From: Clostridia bacterium
GTDB taxonomy: Bacteria; Bacillota; Clostridia; Oscillospirales; Acutalibacteraceae
Direction of reading: 5' to 3'
DNA length: 42,820 nt
Assembly (NCBI GenBank): GCA_017631355.1
Contig: JAGBTL010000210.1
Coordinates: forward strand, 1 to 42,820
Below the pieces are notes generated by a model. That model did not search any database. It had not been told where the DNA came from and saw nothing but the letters and a program-made list of their open reading frames with translations. This document shows positions 24,857 to 34,145 of the stretch, one piece after another. Every line of letters begins with the position of its first letter. Position 1 is the stretch's first letter. The position numbers were made by a program, and so were the translations under genes.

Positions 24857-26911
24857 CTAGCCCGACACAGTAAATGTACAATTATCATTATCGAGTGTAA
24901 CGCTATAATTCTTGCTTCGGTCAAATCCTTTAGGCTTAACAACAATGTTTTGTTCGTTTGTATTACACATAGTAAATACTGTCATAGCACCCCTTGATTT
25001 ATCAGGTGTACCGATTTCAAGCACACACACGTCCTCGTCATAAAGCTCAGGTGTGTGGTGATAAATTACAGATTCACTTAAGAATGGTCTGATAAAATTC
25101 TTGTAAATATCTGTGCTATGCTTAATGAATTTCATAGCCTCATCATTAACTCTTGCACCCTCGGGTGAAATGACGTTAAGGGAGACGTGACCAAGCATAG
25201 TATTTCTTAAATGAGCCTTGAATGAGCCGATTGTGTGGCAACCCATACCTGCAAAAAGTCTGTCAACTCTTTCGGGAGGCAATGCCATTGTCATACCATT
25301 GGTTATAGCAACAGAGTAGGGCATTTTCTGATTATCCGAAACCCATGTGTGGTTAAAGCTTTTCATCATACCGAGGTCTGTTCTGCCTCCGCCACCTGCG
25401 CAGTTTTCAAATATAACGTGGGGGAATCTTTCTTTAAGACGGCTGTACATATCGTAAACCGCCTTGTTGTGCCTTAAGGTGACACACTCCTTTATGCCAC
25501 AGCCTGTGTCGCGCATGCTGAAATATTCTGTGTAGTCAACGTTGTAGTCAACTCGCAGAAGCTCTATTTTATATTCCTCTATAACCCTTGCAAGCTCGTT
25601 TTCTGCCCATTCGTTGACCTCGGGGACAGACATATCAATAAGTCGGGGGTTCTTTGTACCGAAAACGTTGTCTGACCTGAAATCAGGCTTTTCATTGAAC
25701 AAGGGACAAAGTCTTCCTAAGTTCTCAATATCCATCCACAAGCCGAATTTAAGACCTTTTTCGTGGGCGTAGTCGCGTATCTCATCAATGCCGTTTGGGT
25801 AACGCTCCTTGTCGGGAGTGTTAAGTCCGTTGTAATCACCCCAGCTTGTTTCCTTGTGGGGCGGACATACCCAGCCTGCATCTACAATAAATACCTCTCC
25901 GCCCATTTCGGCAAATTGGTCTATAAATGACTTGCTGCCTTTAATGTCCATATTGTGCTCTGCACCCATACCACAACCAACAAGGGCAGGGGTGGGGTCT
26001 GCAAATTCGTTGTTCAGTACGCTTTCCCTTGTGTGGGCGTGCATTTCGTTTATTGCACAGTCAAGGTCGCCGTGCACCATACCAATATGTACCTCGGGAG
26101 TTGCAAATTCCTCAAAGGGCTTTAATACAAGAATAGGTGAATGACCTGTTATTTCTGCCTTAAATGAAAGGTAGGATTCATCCTTATAAGGCTTTGCGTT
26201 ATAATCAATAGTAAATCGGTAGCCACCGCTATATGCTAACTGACAGAACCATATGTGACCCATAACGTTATTCTTAAGGAAAATCAATGGGTGACGGAAT
26301 CTGTCACGTGCGAATCTGCCGTCAATGGCAGTTGCTTCTGTCTGTAAATCATTCCAACGGAACTGACCCTCGCGACCCCATGAGTCATCATCAAAATAAC
26401 CGATGGAATAAAGCTTTGCCTTGTCGCTTGTTCCCTTCAGGTGGTCTGTGTCCATATCCTCAAATCCACCGCTGATAAGGTCAAGTCTGCTGATGCACAT
26501 AGGCTTGTCGGAAAGGCTTTTCAGCTCAAGCCAACGGCTGAGCATCTGTGTGCCGTCAAGGAGTGTGCATACGGTGATTTCAAGGGGCTTAATATTACTT
26601 TTAAGCGTAAGTCTGCAAAGAATTTTGCCTTCTGCTTCTTCCTTTTCAAACGAAACAAAATCAAGGTCATAGCTTACGCTCTGACCGTCAATTTCAAGGT
26701 TGAATGCAAATGGCTCTGCATAGCGCCTTGTGTCAAGCCTTGATGGAAAGCTTGTGAGCACGTCAAGGGGATATCCTGCCGCATTCCAACCACAGGGCAC
26801 AAGAGCGCCTTTTTCAAAGCGCTCCTCATAAACCATATCTTTACTTCTGTAACAAAAAGTGTTTTGCTCTTTGTTGTAATAAACGTCACAAAAACTGCTT
26901 TTGCTTGTCAT
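24857..26911 (-). CDS. Glycoside hydrolase family 36 (alpha-galactosidase-like)
   Basis: GH36 hallmark ENCAGGGGRTDLG and the upstream LRVDYNVD block (the KWDxN-equivalent nucleophile region). Also has a FGLWMDIE block. The real start is ATG 26911 (MTSKSSF), behind GAGGA and 4 nt after the lepA stop. The track ORF is extended spuriously into lepA. Confidence 0.8.
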   Translation of the reverse strand: MTSKSSFCDVYYNKEQNTFCYRSKDMVYEERFEKGALVPCGWNAAGYPLDVLTSFPSRLDTRRYAEPFAFNLEIDGQSVSYDLDFVSFEKEEAEGKILCRLTLKSNIKPLEITVCTLLDGTQMLSRWLELKSLSDKPMCISRLDLISGGFEDMDTDHLKGTSDKAKLYSIGYFDDDSWGREGQFRWNDLQTEATAIDGRFARDRFRHPLIFLKNNVMGHIWFCQLAYSGGYRFTIDYNAKPYKDESYLSFKAEITGHSPILVLKPFEEFATPEVHIGMVHGDLDCAINEMHAHTRESVLNNEFADPTPALVGCGMGAEHNMDIKGSKSFIDQFAEMGGEVFIVDAGWVCPPHKETSWGDYNGLNTPDKERYPNGIDEIRDYAHEKGLKFGLWMDIENLGRLCPLFNEKPDFRSDNVFGTKNPRLIDMSVPEVNEWAENELARVIEEYKIELLRVDYNVDYTEYFSMRDTGCGIKECVTLRHNKAVYDMYSRLKERFPHVIFENCAGGGGRTDLGMMKSFNHTWVSDNQKMPYSVAITNGMTMALPPERVDRLFAGMGCHTIGSFKAHLRNTMLGHVSLNVISPEGARVNDEAMKFIKHSTDIYKNFIRPFLSESVIYHHTPELYDEDVCVLEIGTPDKSRGAMTVFTMCNTNEQNIVVKPKGFDRSKNYSVTLDNDNCTFTVSG

Positions 26912-26915
26912 TTTA

Positions 26916-28730
26916 TCAATCCTCGTCAAGCTTGAGTATTGCCATGAATGCCTCCTGAGGTACTTCAACCGTACCGAATGAGCGCATTCTCTTTTTGCCT
27001 TCCTTCTGTTTTTCAAGAAGCTTCTTTTTACGTGTAATGTCACCACCGTAGCACTTGGCAAGCACGTCCTTGCGCATTGCCTTAACTGTTTCACGGGCAA
27101 TAACCTTGCCACCGATTGCGATCTGAATGGGAATTTCAAACATCTGTCTTGGAATGTTATCCTTCAGCTTTTCGGCAATCTTTCGTGCTCTGCCATAAGC
27201 CTTGTCAGCGTGCACGATGAATGAAAGTGCATCTACTATATCACCATTAAGAAGAACGTCAAGCTTAACAAGGTTTGAGCGCACGTAGTTGGATATTTCA
27301 TAGTCAAGTGATGCGTAACCGCGTGTGCGTGATTTAAGCGCATCAAAGAAGTCATAAATGATTTCGTTAAGTGGTAAATCGTACTTGATTTCTACACGGT
27401 CACCTGAAATATAATCCATATTTTTGAAAATACCGCGTCTTTCCTGACAAAGGTCCATAACAGCACCGACGTATTCTGTGGGAGCGTAAATGTGCGCATC
27501 TGCCACAGGCTCCTCGCAGAAGTCAATTTCTGCAGGGTCAGGGTAGTGGGTGGGGTTGTCAATTTCAACAACCTCGCCGTTTGACATATGGATTTTATAA
27601 ATAACGCTTGGAACTGTTGTAACAAGGTCAAGGTCATATTCTCTTTCAAGGCGCTCCTGAATAATCTCAAGGTGCAAAAGACCAAGGAAGCCACAGCGGA
27701 AGCCAAAGCCGAGTGCGCCTGATGTTTCGGGCTCGTAGGAAAGAGCAGCATCGTTTAACTGCAGCTTTTCAAGTGCCTCGTGCAGGTTTTCGTAGTCTGC
27801 ACCATCAGCTGGGTAAATACCGCAGTAAACCATAGGTGTAGCCTTGTGGTAGCCGGGGAGTGGCTCTGTGGCAGGGCGTGTTGCAAGTGTAACAGTATCA
27901 CCAACAACCGCATCACGTACTGTTTTGATGGAGCCTGTAAGGTAACCAACCTCACCTGCACAGAGCTTGTCTGTGGGGTTAAGTCCCGTTGCCTTCATTG
28001 TGCCGACCTCAACAACGTTGAATTCTGCACCCGTTGCCATCATTCGCATTGTGTCACCGGGCTTTATTGTGCCGTCAACAATACGGGTATAAACAATAAC
28101 ACCCTTGTAGTTGTCATAAACTGAGTCAAAAATCAATGCTCTTAATGGGGCCTCGTCATCACCCTCGGGTGGGGGAACAAGCTCAACAATCTGCTCCAAT
28201 ACCTGCTCAACGTTCTGACCGGTTTTTGCTGATACTCGCGGAGCAGTATCACAAGGAAGACCAATGATATCCTCAACGTCTGCTGAAACTCTGTCAGGGT
28301 CAGCAGAGGGAAGGTCAATTTTGTTGATTACAGGCACAAGCTCAAGGTTGTGGTCAAGTGCAAGATATGTGTTTGCAAGTGTCTGTGCCTCAATGCCCTG
28401 TGATGCGTCAATAATGAGTATTGCGCCCTCACAAGCTGCAAGTGAACGTGAAACCTCATAGTTAAAGTCAACGTGACCGGGAGTGTCAATAAGGTTGAGC
28501 TGATATTTTTCACCATTTTTTGCCACGTAGTCAAGCTTAACCGCGTGAGCCTTAATGGTGATACCGCGCTCTCTTTCAAGGTCCATATCGTCAAGAATCT
28601 GTGCCTCCATATCACGCTGTGAAACAGAGTTGGTGATTTCAAGGAGTCTGTCGGCAAGAGTTGATTTGCCGTGGTCAATGTGGGCGATAATGGAAAAATT
28701 TCGTATATGTTCTTTCTTTACAAGGGACAT
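26916..28730 (-). CDS. lepA: Translation elongation factor 4 (LepA)
   Basis: [33 protein letters not shown] and the characteristic LepA C-terminal domain (...[22 protein letters not shown]...). Confidence 0.97.
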   Translation of the reverse strand: MSLVKKEHIRNFSIIAHIDHGKSTLADRLLEITNSVSQRDMEAQILDDMDLERERGITIKAHAVKLDYVAKNGEKYQLNLIDTPGHVDFNYEVSRSLAACEGAILIIDASQGIEAQTLANTYLALDHNLELVPVINKIDLPSADPDRVSADVEDIIGLPCDTAPRVSAKTGQNVEQVLEQIVELVPPPEGDDEAPLRALIFDSVYDNYKGVIVYTRIVDGTIKPGDTMRMMATGAEFNVVEVGTMKATGLNPTDKLCAGEVGYLTGSIKTVRDAVVGDTVTLATRPATEPLPGYHKATPMVYCGIYPADGADYENLHEALEKLQLNDAALSYEPETSGALGFGFRCGFLGLLHLEIIQERLEREYDLDLVTTVPSVIYKIHMSNGEVVEIDNPTHYPDPAEIDFCEEPVADAHIYAPTEYVGAVMDLCQERRGIFKNMDYISGDRVEIKYDLPLNEIIYDFFDALKSRTRGYASLDYEISNYVRSNLVKLDVLLNGDIVDALSFIVHADKAYGRARKIAEKLKDNIPRQMFEIPIQIAIGGKVIARETVKAMRKDVLAKCYGGDITRKKKLLEKQKEGKKRMRSFGTVEVPQEAFMAILKLDED

Positions 28731-28757
28731 TTTAATGTTTCCTTTCCAAAATATCTC

Positions 28758-29207
28758 TTATTTTTCTGTGTTTGCTTCAATAAAAGCCCTCAGGGTGCTC
28801 ATATCAAACAGCTCCCTTAATCTGTCGGTCTGACCGCACAGATATAAGTATCCGTAAAGCGCCTCAAAGCCTGTGGCATAGCGGTAGTCCGCCTCGCTCT
28901 GGTTTTTCGGGGAGTGTGCGCTGTGGGCGTTTCTGCCACGCTTGAAAACAGCGGTTTCATCCTCGGTCAGGTGGGGGAGCAGCTCTCGTATCATTTCGGC
29001 CTGAAATGCCGCATTTACAAGCTTGATGGAATCCTTGTGCAGCTTTCCTGTGGGCTTGTTTGCCTGCTTTGTCAGCATATCGCGAACCATAAGGCTGTAA
29101 ACAGCATCACCTAAAAAGGCAAGCGTAAGGGGGCTGTACATACGAGCCTGTGGCTCTGTCAGCGGTGTGCAAACGCTACTTAATAAATTCATTTCATCAG
29201 GGCACAT
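28758..29207 (-). CDS. mrnC: Mini-ribonuclease 3
   Basis: LAFLGDAVYSLMVRD, RGRNAHSAHSPKN and YRYATGFEALYGYLYL are signature blocks. In-frame start options are 29225, 29207 and 29192. ATG 29207 has GGAG 7 nt upstream and overlaps the obg end. Confidence 0.8.
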   Translation of the reverse strand: MCPDEMNLLSSVCTPLTEPQARMYSPLTLAFLGDAVYSLMVRDMLTKQANKPTGKLHKDSIKLVNAAFQAEMIRELLPHLTEDETAVFKRGRNAHSAHSPKNQSEADYRYATGFEALYGYLYLCGQTDRLRELFDMSTLRAFIEANTEK

Positions 29208-30468
29208 AGTCAAACTCCAAATCATAAATGCTTACTGTGTCACCCTCGGTAATGCCGTGGTCAATAAGTGACTGAATAATACCGCTTGTGTGTAATACGT
29301 TCTGGAAATACTGGAGCGAGGAATAGTCGTTAAGGTCTGTTTTCATAAGTATCTTACCAAGCCACTCTGCCTCAACAATGAATACGTCACCCTCAACACG
29401 GATTTTGTAATCCTGCTTTGCATTTTTGAATATCTCCTTGGGTGTGATTTCCTGCTTTTCGTAAATCTTAACAGGGGGGAGCTTCTGTAATTCGCGTGCA
29501 ACTGCATTTATAAGCTCCTGTGTACCCTCCGCAATGGGAGCGATAATCTCGTAATACTCAAGACCCTTGTCGCATATATAGTTTTTGAAGGCCTCTCTCT
29601 GCTCGTCTGTTGCAAGGTCAATCTTGTTACCTGCAACAATCTGGGGATATTTGCTCAACTCCTCGTTGTATTTGAAAAGCTCGCTGTTGATTGCTTCAAA
29701 GTCCTCAATGGGATCTCTGCCCTCGCTGCCTGCAACGTCAACCACGTGCACAAGAAGTCTGCAGCGCTCGATGTGGCGGAGGAATTCGTGTCCAAGACCA
29801 ACACCGTCGCTTGCACCCTCAATGATGCCGGGAATGTCAGCCATAACAAAGCTGCTTTCGGGACCCATTCTTACAACACCGGGAACAGGAATAAGGGTTG
29901 TGAAGTGATAGTCAGCAATAATTGGCTTTGCCTCACTTACAACGGAAATAAGTGTAGATTTACCAACGTTAGGAAAGCCGATAAGACCAACGTCTGCCAG
30001 GAGCTTAAGCTCAAGCGTTACCTCCCAATCCTCACCGGGAGCACCGTCCTTTGCAAATCGGGGAACCTGACGTGTAGCAGTTTTGAAGTGGGAGTTACCC
30101 CAACCGCCTTTACCACCCTTTGCGGCAATGAAGGTTTCGTCAACGCTCATATCAGCCATAACAAATCCGGTTTCAACCTCTTTTATAACAGTTCCGCGGG
30201 GAACCTTGATAATAAGGTCCTCGCCCTTTTTACCGTTGCAGTTTGAGCCTCTGCCGTTTTCGCCGCTTGCGGCTTTATATTTTCTTTTATAGCGGAAGTC
30301 TGCAAGGGTGGAGATGTTGTCATCTACCTGAAAAACAACGTTACCGCCTCTGCCGCCGTCGCCGCCGTCAGGGCCGCCTGCAGCAACGTATTTCTCACGG
30401 TGGAAGGCTACTGCACCATTACCGCCGTGACCTGCGATTATTCTGATTTTCGCTTTATCAACAAACAT
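29197..30468 (-). CDS. obg: GTPase Obg/CgtA
   Basis: MFVDKAKIRIIAGHGGNGAVAFHREKYV glycine-rich Obg fold, G1 GFPNVGKST, G3 DIPGIIEGA, G4 NKID and a C-terminal OCT domain. Confidence 0.95.
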   Translation of the reverse strand: MFVDKAKIRIIAGHGGNGAVAFHREKYVAAGGPDGGDGGRGGNVVFQVDDNISTLADFRYKRKYKAASGENGRGSNCNGKKGEDLIIKVPRGTVIKEVETGFVMADMSVDETFIAAKGGKGGWGNSHFKTATRQVPRFAKDGAPGEDWEVTLELKLLADVGLIGFPNVGKSTLISVVSEAKPIIADYHFTTLIPVPGVVRMGPESSFVMADIPGIIEGASDGVGLGHEFLRHIERCRLLVHVVDVAGSEGRDPIEDFEAINSELFKYNEELSKYPQIVAGNKIDLATDEQREAFKNYICDKGLEYYEIIAPIAEGTQELINAVARELQKLPPVKIYEKQEITPKEIFKNAKQDYKIRVEGDVFIVEAEWLGKILMKTDLNDYSSLQYFQNVLHTSGIIQSLIDHGITEGDTVSIYDLEFDYVP

Positions 30469-30535
30469 TGTAATTTACCTCATTATTCTGAAAAAATAGC
30501 ACATTTACTCATTATCTATCGTATTATACTATATT

Positions 30536-30564
30536 ATTATAAAAAGATAAATAGTTTTTGTAAA
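30536..30564 (-). promoter_or_regulatory. Sigma-A-type promoter for obg (minus strand)
   Basis: On the minus strand, TTTACA (30564-30559), a 17-nt spacer, then TATAAT (30541-30536), ~65 nt upstream of the obg ATG at 30468. Confidence 0.5.
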
Positions 30565-30757
30565 TTTTCTAATAACATTTATCCCTTTGCTTCGCGGGAA
30601 AAAATGTTCGGTTTTGTTCTGTCGTTGTTCTCTTTTTTGTAATGTTTTGTTCGGTTTTTTTCGCGTAAAACAGCTGAAAAACAACACAAAACCCACGAAA
30701 ACGTTACCAAAGACCCAAACAAGGGACTAAAAAACGAAAAAAGTTAGAACATTTGTG

Positions 30758-30785
30758 TTGACTTATGTCAAATACGTGATATAAT
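30758..30785 (+). promoter_or_regulatory. Sigma-A-type promoter with extended -10 for the 30831 small ORF / nnrD unit
   Basis: TTGACT (30758-30763), a 16-nt spacer ending in TG (30777-30778), then TATAAT (30780-30785). Confidence 0.6.
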
Positions 30786-30830
30786 TAAATCACAAAAACA
30801 AATGTTCGTTAAATGTTCGGAGGTATATTT

Positions 30831-31112
30831 ATGACAACATTAGCAATTCTTAAAGTATTCGCAGAGGTAGCACTCATTCTTCTTGGCGCTTATGCAATTT
30901 ATCGTGAAAAGGATATTGCAAAATTTGAACGAAAGGCGCTTAAATACGTTAAAGCATTCCTTAAGGCTGTTTACTATACAATTCATGAAAAGAAGCAGCC
31001 CAAGGCAAAGCAGGTTAGCAAGCCTTCTTACCACAATGCTGAATATGATGAAATGCTTGCAAGCCTTAACAAGGGCGCGAATACATCTCTTCAGGATGTT
31101 CTTGTTGCCTGA
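30831..31112 (+). CDS. Small hypothetical protein with an N-terminal membrane anchor (93 aa)
   Basis: ATG 30831 is preceded by GGAGG (30819-30823) and a near-consensus promoter. It has one hydrophobic helix (LAILKVFAEVALILLGAYAIY) and then a charged tail. I recognise no family. Confidence 0.5.
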   Translation: MTTLAILKVFAEVALILLGAYAIYREKDIAKFERKALKYVKAFLKAVYYTIHEKKQPKAKQVSKPSYHNAEYDEMLASLNKGANTSLQDVLVA

Positions 31113-31161
31113 TTAACCTTTTTGTGATAAAATCAGTATATATTGATTTGGAGCTGGTTTT

Positions 31162-32058
31162 ATGACGGAAAAATCACTTGATTTAATATCTGCTAACGGT
31201 CTTTTACCACGTAGGGAGCAAAATTCTCATAAGGGCACCTATGGTAACGTGCTGCTTATATGCGGCAGCAAAAATATGGTTGGCTGTTGTGCACTTGCTG
31301 CCGAGGGTGCATTGCGAAGCGGTGCAGGGCTTGTTACAATTGCCTTCCCCGACGTGCTTTATACTGCACTAACAAGCCGTCTGACAGAGTGTCTTTTTCT
31401 TCCGTTGCCTACGGATGAATGCGGGTTTATAAGCCACCTTGCTATGGAGCTTCTTCTACCTGCCATTGAAAAGGCGGACGTTGTTACCGTTGGTTGCGGT
31501 ATAGGTGTGGGCTTTGCACAAAGTCTTGTCACAACAACTCTGCTTGAGTGTGAGAATAAGCCGGTGATATTTGATGCCGATGCACTTAATTGCATTGCTC
31601 AGGTTCCCGAAATGCTCCAAAAAGCAACCGCAAAGGTGCTTCTTACACCTCATCCGGGTGAAATGAGTCGTCTTACAGGCTTGAGTGTCAGCGAAATAGA
31701 AGCAAACAGACAAAAGGCTATCTCCGACTTTTGTAAAAAATATAACGTGAGCGTTCTCCTGAAGGGTCACAGAACACTTATCTGTAACGCATCAGGCGAC
31801 CAGCTTTACGTGAACACAACAGGCAATTCTGCTCTTGCAAAGGGTGGGGCAGGTGATTTGCTCACAGGTATAATTGCAGGTCTTACACCCGCCTTAAAGG
31901 GCAATACCTTTGACGCTGGCGTGCTTGGCGCCTTTGTCCACGGTCTTTCGGCTGATATTGCCACGCAGAGCATGTCTGAATATTCTGTTTTACCCTCCGA
32001 TTGCGCAAAACGGTTGGGTGAAGTATATTACACTATTGAAAAGAGTGGTAACAGTTAA
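31162..32058 (+). CDS. nnrD: ADP-dependent NAD(P)H-hydrate dehydratase (YjeF C-terminal / carbohydrate kinase family)
   Basis: HKGTYGNVLLICGS start, LTPHPGE and the C-terminal GGAGDLLTG motif. Confidence 0.85.
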   Translation: MTEKSLDLISANGLLPRREQNSHKGTYGNVLLICGSKNMVGCCALAAEGALRSGAGLVTIAFPDVLYTALTSRLTECLFLPLPTDECGFISHLAMELLLPAIEKADVVTVGCGIGVGFAQSLVTTTLLECENKPVIFDADALNCIAQVPEMLQKATAKVLLTPHPGEMSRLTGLSVSEIEANRQKAISDFCKKYNVSVLLKGHRTLICNASGDQLYVNTTGNSALAKGGAGDLLTGIIAGLTPALKGNTFDAGVLGAFVHGLSADIATQSMSEYSVLPSDCAKRLGEVYYTIEKSGNS

Positions 32059-32539
32059 AAAATCATTTCTGTCAGTTTTACCCTTGCTTTTTCTATCGTT
32101 CCTTTTTAGCGCTTGCGGTAAAGCTAATCTCCACAACGGAGCTTCGGAAGTTGATTTAAATAGTAAATTGCCTGTACAACTTCAGTACAGGCAATTTATT
32201 TATAATTGTGAAATTTCATTTGTTGAAGGAAGGCTGCAAATTGACTTTTGTGGTAACGGCACAATTCCCGACGGCTTTTCCTACGTCTGTGATGGTGATG
32301 ACTGTGTCTTTTCTTATGAGGGACTTGTGAAATCCTATCGGGTTAGTGATTTGCCCTCTGATTGCCTGCCGGTAGCTTTGTATAATTTCTTTTCGGGCTT
32401 CAATGAGGGCTTGGTAACAGAGGCCTATGACGACAGAAAGGGCTGTGCGTTTATCAAGCGAACCGTCGGCGCCTCGTTTGTGACTCTTGAGGTGTACAAT
32501 CAGGGTGAAAAGCCTGCATATAGCATAATAGTGAATTGA
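32045..32539 (+). CDS. Hypothetical lipoprotein
   Basis: The track ORF 31910.. overlaps nnrD. Downstream of the nnrD stop region the frame encodes KKSFLSVLPLLFLSFLFSACGK, a signal peptide plus lipobox LFSAC. The only nearby in-frame start is GTG 32045, so the start is uncertain. Confidence 0.55.
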   Translation: MVTVKKSFLSVLPLLFLSFLFSACGKANLHNGASEVDLNSKLPVQLQYRQFIYNCEISFVEGRLQIDFCGNGTIPDGFSYVCDGDDCVFSYEGLVKSYRVSDLPSDCLPVALYNFFSGFNEGLVTEAYDDRKGCAFIKRTVGASFVTLEVYNQGEKPAYSIIVN

Positions 32540-32629
32540 AAAAAGGCTTCCTCTTTTGGGGAGTGTAAAATAGCGGATTTAAACCTAATGAATCCCTAAT
32601 TTACGCTCCCTTTGGGAGAAAGCCTTTTT
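32540..32629. terminator. Long nested hairpin between convergent genes (lipoprotein + / nagB -); likely bidirectional terminator built around the short-form repeat
   Basis: The outer stem pairs AAAAAGGCTTcCTC (32540-32554) with GAGaAAGCCTTTTT (32616-32629). The inner stems are those of the repeat element at 32558-32610. Confidence 0.55.
32558..32610. repeat. Short form (~53 bp) of the same palindromic repeat
   Basis: GGGAGTGTAAA (32559-32569) pairs with TTTACGCTCCC (32600-32610), and GGATT (32575-32579) with AATCC (32591-32595). The loop TAAACCTAATG is conserved with the long form. Confidence 0.65.
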
Positions 32630-32642
32630 GTTTGTTGCTTTA

Positions 32643-33371
32643 TTATTTTGTGAGGAGTGAAGCTGCATCTTCATCAAGGAAGATAAGCACGTCGTCATGC
32701 TCCTGAAGAATTGATGCAGGAACCTGAGGAGTAACAGGACCTTCAATCATATTCTTGATAGCCTCTGCCTTCTTGGGGCCTGTTGCAATAAGAATAATCT
32801 GCTTTGCAGACATAATCTGCTTGATACCCATTGTAAGAGCGTGTGTGGGCATGGGATTCTCGTCAAAATAAATCTTGTTAGCATCAATTGTGCTCTGTGT
32901 AAGAGTGATTTTGAAGGAACCGTTTGTGAACTCGTCAGCAGGCTCGTTAAAGCCGATATGAGCATTGTTACCAATACCAAGGAGCTGTATGTCAATACCG
33001 CCTGCAGCGTTGATTTCATCGTCGTAGCGCTTGCACTCTGCTTCTGTGTCAGCAGCGTTGCCGTCAAGGAAATGAACGTTTTCCTCAAGTATATCAAGGC
33101 TGTCAAAAAGCTGCTTGTGCATAAAAGTGTAGTAGCTGTTTTTGTCCTCCTTGGGAAGGTTGCAGTATTCATCAAGGTTGTAGGTTTTTACTGCCTTGAA
33201 TGAAAAATCGCCCTCGTTGAAGTTTTTGATAATGTTGTTGTATGTAGGAATAGGGGTAGCGCCTGTTGCAAGACCCAATACGCTGTCGGGCTTGTTTTTT
33301 ACCTGTTTTGTGAAAATTTCGGCAACTGCTACACCGATTTCCTCTGCAGTTTTGAATGTTTTGATAATCAT
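32643..33371 (-). CDS. nagB: Glucosamine-6-phosphate deaminase
   Basis: LGLATGATP, NLDEY, GIGNNAHIGFNEP and ILQEH blocks. The start was moved to ATG 33371 (MIIKTF), behind GAGGG. Confidence 0.9.
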   Translation of the reverse strand: MIIKTFKTAEEIGVAVAEIFTKQVKNKPDSVLGLATGATPIPTYNNIIKNFNEGDFSFKAVKTYNLDEYCNLPKEDKNSYYTFMHKQLFDSLDILEENVHFLDGNAADTEAECKRYDDEINAAGGIDIQLLGIGNNAHIGFNEPADEFTNGSFKITLTQSTIDANKIYFDENPMPTHALTMGIKQIMSAKQIILIATGPKKAEAIKNMIEGPVTPQVPASILQEHDDVLIFLDEDAASLLTK

Positions 33372-33459
33372 CTGTATCACCCTCGTCATCAAATTTGGAA
33401 TAATTATATCACATAAAGCTTGGAATAAAAAGGGAAAAAATAAAATTTTTATATAAATA

Positions 33460-33487
33460 TTGAAAAAAATATATAAAATGGTATAAT
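33460..33487 (+). promoter_or_regulatory. Sigma-A-type promoter with extended -10 for the HAD hydrolase unit
   Basis: TTGAAA (33460-33465), a 16-nt spacer ending in TGg, then TATAAT (33482-33487). Confidence 0.55.
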
Positions 33488-33506
33488 GAATATGGTGATG
33501 CTTAAA

Positions 33507-34115
33507 ATGGTGAAAAATATTGTGTTTGATATGGGTGGCGTGCTTCTTGATTTAGATGTCCGCCGTACCATAGCAGAGCATTTCCCCGAGGAATACCGCG
33601 AGGATATCGTAAAAAACGTTTTTTATGGTGAGCAATGGCGCCTGATGGATGCAGGTCTTATGCGTCCCGACGAAGCAAAGGAAATCCTTTTGCCTCGTTA
33701 CCCGCAGGAGCTTCGTCCCTTGCTCGGTGAAATGATAAACAATTTCTACCCATATATGCCACCCATTAAGGAAACCGAGCAGCTTATAGCCCGCATAAAA
33801 AAGGCAGGGTATAAGATTTACCTTTTGTCAAATGCCACACCTCGTGTATTTGATGAATATCACAACATTCCTGCTTTAGCTTATATGGATGGTATGTTTA
33901 TTTCAGCATTGTACAAGCTTCTGAAGCCCGGTTCTGAAATCTACAACGCCTTTTGTGACAGGTTTTCCTTAAAGGCGGAGGAGTGCTTCTTTATAGATGA
34001 TATGGAGCAGAACATTATCGGTGCCAGAGCTTGTGGTATGAAGGGCTTTGTTTTTGACACCCGCGATTTTACCGCCCTTGAAAAGGCGCTTAACGACGAA
34101 GGCGTTTTCTTTTAA
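33507..34115 (+). CDS. HAD-superfamily hydrolase (subfamily IA-like)
   Basis: Motif I FDMGGVLL, LSNAT, and K...FIDD near the C-terminus. The track start 33486 sits inside the -10 box of the predicted promoter. In-frame ATGs at 33492, 33498 and 33507 are all possible. Confidence 0.75.
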   Translation: MVKNIVFDMGGVLLDLDVRRTIAEHFPEEYREDIVKNVFYGEQWRLMDAGLMRPDEAKEILLPRYPQELRPLLGEMINNFYPYMPPIKETEQLIARIKKAGYKIYLLSNATPRVFDEYHNIPALAYMDGMFISALYKLLKPGSEIYNAFCDRFSLKAEECFFIDDMEQNIIGARACGMKGFVFDTRDFTALEKALNDEGVFF

Positions 34116-34145
34116 CAAAGCACAATTTTATTGGAGGACATTTTT

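Noticed and set aside
26912-27139. N-terminal 76 codons of track ORF 24857..27139, an apparent overlap of the GH36 gene with lepA.
   Set aside because: The extension is antisense-frame read-through inside the strongly supported lepA gene. It has an Arg/Lys-rich, non-protein-like sequence. A good SD plus ATG at 26911 gives a normal GH36 N-terminus.
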